This document shows positions 25,381 through 32,000 of a DNA stretch of 32,000 nucleotides, one piece after another (position 1 is the stretch's first letter; each line of letters opens with the position of its first letter). The DNA is from Pyrolobus fumarii 1A. Its GTDB lineage: Archaea > Thermoproteota > Thermoprotei_A > Sulfolobales > Pyrodictiaceae. A program made the translations under genes and the position numbers. The stretch covers positions 1,080,001 through 1,112,000 of the forward strand of contig NC_015931.1 of the NCBI RefSeq assembly GCF_000223395.1, written 5' to 3'. A model generated the notes under the pieces. That model saw nothing but the letters and a program-made list of their open reading frames with translations. It did not search any database and was not told the DNA's origin.

Positions 25381-25855
25381 TTATCCAGGTGGGTGCCTTC
25401 CAGGGCTACTAGCTAGAGAGGGCTCCTCCCCAGCCACCGGCGCTACGCGCAACGCGCCGTACACAGTGACGCCAGTCTCAACTGCCCAGCCTCCTCCCTC
25501 CCCCGCGGATCCCCGCGGGGCACGAGACACACCGAGAGACGCGTCAACCACTACCACGATCCTCCCCCGCCTATCGACTCCACAGTGCCACGCGGGAGGA
25601 CGGGATGACCCCCGAGCACCTCCTCTACCCCACGCAGACCCCAAGACTCTCATGGTACCCCACACGCTCCTCAAGGAACGCTATGATCTCCCTCCTCCGG
25701 CCAACCACGCCGCATAGAGCAACCATCCTCCTCTTCAACTCCCCAGGCACACGCATACCCAGAACCTCAGACAACACTATACACCCACGCAAACAGAAAC
25801 GCAGAGACAACCCACGCATAAGGCTGTTAAGGCTATATCTAGCAGTAAAATGCAA
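25381..25855 (-). pseudogene. Possible decayed RHH-antitoxin/PIN pair
   Basis: ORF 25625..25855 contains MRVPGELKRRMVAL...REIIAFLEERV (RHH/VapB-like). ORF 25381..25674 contains GRIVVVVDASLGV (PIN N-terminus-like) but is otherwise Gly/Arg/Pro-rich and too short. Confidence 0.25.
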
Positions 25856-26089
25856 AAAGTGTAAGATGGCCTAAGCAGATGTAATGCAGTTATAATGTAG
25901 TATGCCTCGCGCTAAGATAGTAGCTAAACTAGCCTAGTCTTGACCCGTTATTCTATACCTCCATGTTAAAAACATTATAACTGTATTTACTTGTTCCTCG
26001 GACTAACGTTAACATCTTTAAGGAGCATAGACTTCCACATCCAGAAATGTGGAAGTAAAATAAATGCATCCTTCCTTACCTGCTCTAAC

Positions 26090-27973
26090 ATGGGATTACA
26101 AATGAATAGTGAATATAGAACGCCGCGTGCATTAATTAACGAAATACTCGAATGGTGTAATGTTACAAAAATGAATGAATCGAGTAGGTATGCACTCTGT
26201 AAGCTCCTCTACTCGGCAATACAAAGCGATAAGATTGCATTCATATCAGTTGTACAAGAGTATTTAGGGTTGCTGGCTGGTAGTCCAGAGGGTCGTGTGT
26301 ATGTCTCCACTGGTGACGTGCGCCACTGGGTCGACAGCCTGCGGTATGGCAGATCTTTTGGTCTTGTACCTTGGGCTTGTGGTGTAAAACGTGAAGACAT
26401 TGGGAGGCTTGATAGGCGCGGGGGTCCACACTGGAGTAACTTGTACTATGCCGTTGCGAATCAGTTCATAAGCGTTGACAATGTTGTTGAGGTGATCCCA
26501 CCGCTCAACTTGTATAACGTGAGAGAGCATGGTATTATCGGCCTGGGTGTTGTCGTAGCCGCGGAAGTCAATCCTTACAAGAAGTTATGGAGTCGTGAGG
26601 CTTGCCCGCCGGGCTCTGACGAGCCTTGCTACTCGCTTAGGTGGTATACTCTTCCGTTAATGCTTAGCGTGGATGATGAGATGTTACAACGGAATAGGAT
26701 ACGCGTTATTGGAGTGATAGGCGAGGTTTCTAGGAAGGGTAGGAGGAACTGTGCACAGAGCCTTGGCGAAGATGCTGGCAAGCTAGTTAACGTGCTATTG
26801 GAGAATCTTGAGAATGGCACCCTACGAGACTATGTTGAGCTTGCGTATAACTATCTCCGTGAATCCCTAGTATCTGCAGTTGGCGGTGCACACGAGACAG
26901 ACCGCGGTCTAATCCCAAACAGCAAAGTGGAGCATGTACTGTCCCCTTGGGAGTCTATACTAGGTGACCTTGGTAGTGTTGTTAAGAGGATAACTGAGCG
27001 TCTCTTATCTTCCGGTGTCTATATCGATAGAAACCTCGTGGAGGTGTTTGTTGCGCTCGTTGCACACTCTAACGTGTTACTAGTTGGCCCGCCTGGTACA
27101 GGTAAGACGTTACTTGCAAGCATACTAGCCGATGTCGTCAACGCGAGACTCGTCCCGCTAACAGGACATGCTGGTTTAACACGAGTAGACCTGATTGGAG
27201 GCCCTGTGCTGCATGGTGGTAACGTAGCTTGGCGCTCCGGAGTGCTGTTGCGTGCATTGTACTATGTTGCTAGGGGTGAGCGTGTTCTCCTCCTCCTCGA
27301 CGAGGTTAACCGGATGGATGTTGACAAAGTGTTTGGCGAGTTCTTCACGATATTCTCGTCGCCTAGCCCGCGTGGCTGGAACCTAAGGGTTGTCTGCAAC
27401 GCTATATGTGACGAGGCAATGAGCTATGCGGATCTCGATGAGCCTGCTAAGCTTGTATGTAAGTCCTGTATGGACAGGGAGGAGTTCGAGGACAAGGTTA
27501 GGAGTGGTCTTAGAGTTGTTGCGACTATGAATACCGTGGATTTCGCCACTGTGTTTAATGTTGGTGAAGCATTTGGCAGGAGATTCTTCAAGATTAGAGT
27601 ACTTCCCTCTATCGACGAGAATGTTATACGCAGGGAGGTTGAGGTAGCCGCTAACTATGCACGTAGCACATTCGATGTTGACGTTGATGAGGAAGTTGTT
27701 CGTAGTTTAGTGTCGCTCTTGAAGCATTTACGTAAAGACGCGAGTAGCAGCGACTTTGTGACGCCGCTACCCGTGGGGCCAGCTATGGTCGCTGGGGTCA
27801 TGGAGGCAGCGGCTCCAATAGCTGTTGCTAATGGCTCAAGAACTATCAGGATGGAGCATGTCTGTCGTGCTCTGGACACACTCGTACCGGTAAATGCGCT
27901 TCTCGACAGGGAGTGGATGGAAAAGTGGACAGGGGCGGTGTGGAACTCTTGCAGGGCGAAAATGAGCACTTAG
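26090..27973 (+). CDS. McrB-family AAA+ GTPase with a ~300-aa unassigned N-terminal (putative DNA/modification-sensing) domain and a Cys4 insert
   Basis: LLVGPPGTGKT (Walker A, 27086-27109). LLLLDEVNRMDVDKVFGEFFTIF matches the McrB signature DE.NR....K.FGE. VVATMNTVDF carries N-x-x-D. GEAFGRRFFKIRV matches the RRF motif. The ORF track start at 25991 (TTG) is unlikely. ATG 26090 or 26102 lies 25-45 nt after an AAAATAAAT box (26057-26065). Confidence 0.8.
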   Translation: MGLQMNSEYRTPRALINEILEWCNVTKMNESSRYALCKLLYSAIQSDKIAFISVVQEYLGLLAGSPEGRVYVSTGDVRHWVDSLRYGRSFGLVPWACGVKREDIGRLDRRGGPHWSNLYYAVANQFISVDNVVEVIPPLNLYNVREHGIIGLGVVVAAEVNPYKKLWSREACPPGSDEPCYSLRWYTLPLMLSVDDEMLQRNRIRVIGVIGEVSRKGRRNCAQSLGEDAGKLVNVLLENLENGTLRDYVELAYNYLRESLVSAVGGAHETDRGLIPNSKVEHVLSPWESILGDLGSVVKRITERLLSSGVYIDRNLVEVFVALVAHSNVLLVGPPGTGKTLLASILADVVNARLVPLTGHAGLTRVDLIGGPVLHGGNVAWRSGVLLRALYYVARGERVLLLLDEVNRMDVDKVFGEFFTIFSSPSPRGWNLRVVCNAICDEAMSYADLDEPAKLVCKSCMDREEFEDKVRSGLRVVATMNTVDFATVFNVGEAFGRRFFKIRVLPSIDENVIRREVEVAANYARSTFDVDVDEEVVRSLVSLLKHLRKDASSSDFVTPLPVGPAMVAGVMEAAAPIAVANGSRTIRMEHVCRALDTLVPVNALLDREWMEKWTGAVWNSCRAKMST

Positions 27974-27984
27974 AGCTCGAGTAT

Positions 27985-29295
27985 ATGCTTGACAGAGTTG
28001 CGAATTTCTACGCGAAGATAGGTCCTCTGAAACTAGGACTGGCACGCAACGAGATACCATTAGCATATAAGGATGCAGAAGGTCTATTGTTGGTCGCTAT
28101 CGCTGTTAAGCTGCTTCTCTCGGTGTTTATGCTCCTAGAGAAGTTCTATGAGCGTGTCATTCGTGCAGCTTCTAGCGTAGAGACTATTGAGTCGCCAGCT
28201 ACTCTTGGTTATCTTGATGTACAACGCACGATTAGAAACATAGTTGCCTTAAGGCCGCCAGTTTGGCGTGTTGTGCGTAGAGGGCTAAACCCTAACGATC
28301 GGGTACATGTTTGCAGTCTTTACAATACTGCCGTTGGGTTAGCAGGCCAGGCAAAACGGATAATGGAAAGTGTAGAGGAGGCTAGCGCTACCACTATCTA
28401 TGGAGAACTTGACCGGTTGCTCAAGAAGCTCGGGAGGCTATCGCAACGCGTAAAGTCACTCTATCGTAGACTCTGCGGGTTTCACCCTGAAAGCATAACT
28501 TACAATCCATGCTTAGACGCGAGGCGTGCTTGTAACGTGTGTAATGCTCAAAGTGTTGCTGGCGTACATTCGAAGCTTCTTAGCAACCTATGCACGCTAC
28601 ACTCTATGCTCTACGGCGAGAAGGCATCACGGGTGGCCATCGTTAGGAGAGTAAAGGACGACACCGAGTATATTGAAGCAGTGCTACGAGTCTATGCGCA
28701 GAGGCTCTATGAACTCTATGTGCTCTATATGCTTCTTCGTGCACTTGAAGGACTTACACCTGGTAGGATACAAGCAAGAAAAGAGAGGGTAATCGTCCTT
28801 GAGTATGACGGGTCCATCATAATCTTCTACAATTCGAAGCCAAGGGTCGATGGTATGCTATTGAGTAGAATTGCAAGGGGTAAAGCTGTACCACAACTCG
28901 ACCCGGGTATCCTCGAGGCTGCATCGGGGAGACCCGATATCACGCTGGTTGTAGGCGATCGTGTTGCGGCTGTGTTTGAGGCCAAGTACAGCCGCAGACC
29001 TAGCTACCTAACCGCTGCTAGGTTCAAGACACTAGCCTATATCCACGAGTACGACGCACGAGCTGGTGTCCTTGTCTATCCCGGGCTAGGAGCCACCAGC
29101 TCTGCGTACGAGGAAGAGGACGACGTTGATACTATCCGTTTACTCGCCGAGGCCGAGAAGAACGGCACGCTAGCAATAAGGCTATACGGCAACTCGACGC
29201 TCTACATACTTCCGCTGTTGCCGCGCGAGGACATCGAGGAGGAGAACATTGAGAGGATGCGGCGTGTGCTCCGCAGCTTGGTGGTGCTGTCCTGA
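27985..29295 (+). CDS. McrC-like partner with C-terminal PD-(D/E)xK nuclease motif
   Basis: GRPDITLVVGDRVAAVFEAKYS (P-D...E-A-K, about 28927-28995) sits in the C-terminal third, as in McrC. The ATG at 27985 lies 12 nt after the upstream stop (ORF track start 27913 overlaps it). Cys cluster: CGFH...PC...CNVC. Confidence 0.65.
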   Translation: MLDRVANFYAKIGPLKLGLARNEIPLAYKDAEGLLLVAIAVKLLLSVFMLLEKFYERVIRAASSVETIESPATLGYLDVQRTIRNIVALRPPVWRVVRRGLNPNDRVHVCSLYNTAVGLAGQAKRIMESVEEASATTIYGELDRLLKKLGRLSQRVKSLYRRLCGFHPESITYNPCLDARRACNVCNAQSVAGVHSKLLSNLCTLHSMLYGEKASRVAIVRRVKDDTEYIEAVLRVYAQRLYELYVLYMLLRALEGLTPGRIQARKERVIVLEYDGSIIIFYNSKPRVDGMLLSRIARGKAVPQLDPGILEAASGRPDITLVVGDRVAAVFEAKYSRRPSYLTAARFKTLAYIHEYDARAGVLVYPGLGATSSAYEEEDDVDTIRLLAEAEKNGTLAIRLYGNSTLYILPLLPREDIEEENIERMRRVLRSLVVLS

Positions 29296-29308
29296 GGCTG
29301 TCTGGGCT

Positions 29309-30328
29309 CTAGTTGTGGCTTACTGATGGTGTTCTTGGTGCTCTTCTCGTTGCTAGTTGTGCTGCTGGCTTCTTTCTTGCTGCGCTTCTTGCTGTTCTCT
29401 GTGTGGGTGGTTGTCTGTTTTCTTTTTGTGTTGCTGGTACTAGGAGTACGAGGGCGCGTAGGAGCTCTGGTATCTCGTGGATTAGTCTCCTTGCTATTCT
29501 CTGTGCCTCCTGGTAGGCCTCTTCTAGTGTCATTGTGGGTGGCGCCTCTAGCCAGACTTCTACCTCGCGGAATGTGCCGTAGCTCTCTACGCGTAGCTTT
29601 CGTATCCTGGTGTAGCGTGTGGTTTTCCGTAGTGTTGCTTTCACCTTGGCTGCTATGCTCTGGTGGTCTCTGCGGGGGACTATGCCTATGAGGTGTGTCG
29701 CCGCCTCTCTCGCCATGCCTAGCAGGCCGTGGGTCACGTAGGCTCCCATGGCTAGGGCGGCTATCTGCTCGGGTAGTGGTGTTGCGGCGGTATTCGCGAG
29801 TAGTATGGCTGCGCCGCCTCCCAGCTCGAAGGCCATGTCGAGCCTGAGCTTCTCGGCTATCATCCTCACGGCTACTATGTCGAGGTTCACGCGGCGTAGG
29901 CTGCGCAGCATGAACCTCTCGAGCACGTAGCTGGCTGCGGCGCTCGCCAGGGGGTATGCGGCTAGGGGCGCGGGGGTTGGCTCCGGGTGTGGCGCCACAG
30001 CGTTGCGGGCAGCCACGGCCAGCGTGACCATCACGGCGATTATGGAGGCTACTAGCACGGCTAGGGACTCCAAGCGCAGTATCTCGTACCGCGCCCTGTA
30101 CGCCACTGTGCGCGACGCGGCGACGCGGAAAGCGACCGCTAGGCTACCGAAGCTCATGGCCTCTATTAGCCACACGAACGCCTCCATCAGGATTACATCG
30201 GATGGCTCACGCAGGTAGAGCACGAGCCCCACCAGCGACAACAAGAGCGACACGAGGGCGACGGTGTAGGCTGCCCTTAGGGCGCCAGACGCGACCAGTA
30301 TCTTTCTCACCGCCAGCCTCCTCACCAC
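29309..30328 (-). CDS. Divergent cation-diffusion-facilitator (CDF)-like membrane protein with a basic disordered C-terminal tail
   Basis: About 6 TM segments. The cytoplasmic domain IRKLRVESYGTFREVEVWLEAPPTMTLEEAYQEAQRIARRLIHEIPELLRALVLLVP matches the CDF C-terminal (ZT_dimer) pattern. At the TM2/TM5 positions where I expect the canonical H/D-x3-D metal ligands, I read MEAFVWLIE and AEKLRLD. Confidence 0.5.
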   Translation of the reverse strand: MVRRLAVRKILVASGALRAAYTVALVSLLLSLVGLVLYLREPSDVILMEAFVWLIEAMSFGSLAVAFRVAASRTVAYRARYEILRLESLAVLVASIIAVMVTLAVAARNAVAPHPEPTPAPLAAYPLASAAASYVLERFMLRSLRRVNLDIVAVRMIAEKLRLDMAFELGGGAAILLANTAATPLPEQIAALAMGAYVTHGLLGMAREAATHLIGIVPRRDHQSIAAKVKATLRKTTRYTRIRKLRVESYGTFREVEVWLEAPPTMTLEEAYQEAQRIARRLIHEIPELLRALVLLVPATQKENRQPPTQRTARSAARKKPAAQLATRRAPRTPSVSHN

Positions 30329-30947
30329 GCCTCATCACCCCCGCCACGGGCAACACCCCGGGGCCAGGACGGTCAGGCTGGGTGCAGAGCGCGAAGGGCA
30401 TGAGGGCGGAGGCCAGGAGACCCAAGTGTAGAGGTATAGAAGTTAACCGTGCGAAACAAAAGGAATATCGAGGGTATTAGTTTTTGCATCAGTCGCTTCA
30501 AAGATGATAAATAAAACAAGAGTATTGATTGCCGCAAATTATCAATAATGTGATGTTCTCCAAGCCCTGTTAGCCAGGACAAAGTCATACAGTGTTTGTT
30601 TCTCCGTCCTAACATGCTAGCTCTGATGTAACCTGCAAGACTAGGATGCACGACGCTATTGGTCGTGATTCACAAGCTTGTAACCGAGTAGTGAGCAGGA
30701 ACGGCTACACATTAAGCTTAGTATGCTCGTCCAGTATGATGGGGGCCGGTGGACCTCGATAGGTTTGTTGCCGAAGTAGCGTCTATGGGCCTCCCCGTTG
30801 ACCCGGTGCTCGATCTCATAAGGCTTGTGTACACGGTTAGAGAGCTACCCTACGAGCTTGTAGAGAAGACGGGGGAGAGAAGGCCGCGTTAGCACCCTCT
30901 TCCTGGTCGACGAGTGGATTATAGAGCTGCTGTATAACTATAATCTG

Positions 30948-31850
30948 ATGCCGCGCGGCATGAGCGAGACTACACTATACGGTGAGTATGCTAATGTCAG
31001 GTACTACAGGCTTACGCAGAGGGGGCTAGAGATAGGCTCTCGGGTCTTCGTTAGACACCTGCGCGGGGTGTTTGACAAGCTGTTGGAGGTTCTAGAGGGG
31101 TATCCCCTGGGCTTGGTGCGTGTTATCGCGTTGAGTGCTCTCGACTTGCGGAGTGGCGAGCTGGGCTGGATAGAGGTTATGGTTGAAGGGTGGGACTTGA
31201 GCAAGGCGTTGTCCCACACGATTTCCGACATAGAGTTCTCGCTTGTGGACACTGTGGAACTTAGGGAAGTCTATGCAGGGTCTAAGCTTGTGTTCGGCGA
31301 CCTCAGGTTGGTCTTCGAGAGGTTGAAGCGTGCTAGAGCAGGCATGTACAAGCCTAGGGTCTACGACGTGTTTGTCGCCAAGCTGTTGGTGAGGTACAAT
31401 GGCGAGGTTCGTAGGATGGCCCTAGAGCTGATGGAGAAGCTTGTCGAGTTAGGCTTGGCGGGTAGAATCCCGCTCTTCGACAGCAAAGGCAAACGCTACA
31501 CGGACGCATATCGGGCTCCACCCGAGGTAGCCTACGTGCTCGAGAGGTACTCCTCTAGTTTCGACATGTCGCACATCCGGAGGCACGTTCTTGCCGCACA
31601 GCTTGTTATGGAGGCGTTAAGGAAAGAGCTGACTAAGAGCGAGCTTCTGGCGGCCCTGATGGGCCTAGGCATCCCGGAGGAAGAGGTGAAGTCCGCCCTG
31701 GAGGCTCTATACGCTAAGGGCGTGACATCAAGGTACAATGAGGCTGGAGGGCCAGACTCACCTCCCTTCATTATCCTCGACGAGGAGAGGGCGAAGAGGG
31801 AAGCCGAGGCGGTAGTCAGGCTAGCCGGGTCTCTACTCCTCGCGCCTTAA
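30948..31850 (+). CDS. Hypothetical protein (300 aa), helical with possible wHTH modules
   Basis: Long ORF with native-like G+C and codon usage, followed by an oligo-T tract. No family recognised. Confidence 0.55.
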   Translation: MPRGMSETTLYGEYANVRYYRLTQRGLEIGSRVFVRHLRGVFDKLLEVLEGYPLGLVRVIALSALDLRSGELGWIEVMVEGWDLSKALSHTISDIEFSLVDTVELREVYAGSKLVFGDLRLVFERLKRARAGMYKPRVYDVFVAKLLVRYNGEVRRMALELMEKLVELGLAGRIPLFDSKGKRYTDAYRAPPEVAYVLERYSSSFDMSHIRRHVLAAQLVMEALRKELTKSELLAALMGLGIPEEEVKSALEALYAKGVTSRYNEAGGPDSPPFIILDEERAKREAEAVVRLAGSLLLAP

Positions 31851-31883
31851 CCGGTATACACTAGGCTGCAACCCACACTAGCG

Positions 31884-31894
31884 TTTTTTTTTTT
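31884..31894 (+). terminator. Oligo-T (T11) archaeal intrinsic terminator
   Basis: GCGTTTTTTTTTTTGAAG lies 33 nt downstream of the stop at 31848-31850. Archaeal RNA polymerase terminates at T tracts of 5 or more. Confidence 0.5.
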
Positions 31895-32000
31895 GAAGAG
31901 GTGAGGTTTCACATACTTGACTTGATGCTCTACAAGGTTTTCCGTGAGGCTAGCGGGCCCGCGGCGAAGGCGAGGCGTCCATGCTGTCACGCAATATAAG

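Noticed and set aside
29313-30480. Plus-strand ORFs antisense to the CDF-like gene (29313..29516, 29326..29691, 29748..29930, 30003..30218, 30202..30480)
   Set aside because: These are mirror-frame artefacts, Leu/Val/Cys/Ser-rich. The minus-strand ORF has coherent TM helices and a recognisable CDF C-terminal domain.
30495-30600. Possible C/D-box sRNA in the AT-rich spacer (AGATGATA ... GTGATGT ... CTGT)
   Set aside because: The boxes deviate from RUGAUGA/CUGA, the spacing does not give 10-12-nt guides, and there is no terminal stem.

Overview
This looks like a G+C-rich archaeal chromosome segment (about 57-62% G+C by eye in the native-looking parts). The features fit a hyperthermophilic crenarchaeon (Desulfurococcales-like), but the organism cannot be named from sequence alone. 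Supporting signs are TATA-type and near-leaderless gene starts, an oligo-T terminator, a FlaI/PilB-type ATPase, an Arch_ATPase/DUF234 gene and very dense AbrB-PIN modules. Layout: (1) 1-5706 holds a type IV pilus/archaellum-family ATPase, truncated by the window edge, divergent from a ~1430-aa membrane-anchored surface protein with many N-glycosylation sequons (beta-propeller plus at least 9 Ig-like repeats). (2) 5970-13110 is an AT-richer island carrying a compact seven-gene Ser/Thr phospho-signalling cassette: two Hanks-type kinases fused to FHA or FHA-like domains, a membrane PP2C, a Zn-ribbon/FHA ArnA-like protein, a membrane-tethered Zn-ribbon protein and two paralogous TM+wHTH-like proteins. 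(3) 13068-17123 holds a DUF234 AAA+ ATPase behind a 3 x 14-bp tandem operator-like repeat, a triple-repeat membrane protein, a damaged HEPN-MNT pair and a coiled-coil/PD-(D/E)xK protein. (4) 15450-25860 is a toxin-antitoxin hotspot and graveyard with about 12 modules, mostly truncated or frameshifted. It includes two tRNA 3'-end fragments and a duplicated block, one copy of which is split by a ~0.9-kb PIN cassette flanked by direct repeats. (5) 25991-29295 is an AT-richer McrBC-like GTPase plus PD-(D/E)xK nuclease pair with an unassigned N-terminal sensor domain and Cys4 inserts. (6) 29309-31894 holds a divergent CDF-like transporter and a hypothetical gene with an 11-T terminator. No CRISPR array, rRNA gene or intact tRNA gene was seen. 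The two candidates I rate highest for a new system are the phospho-signalling cassette and the McrBC-like pair.
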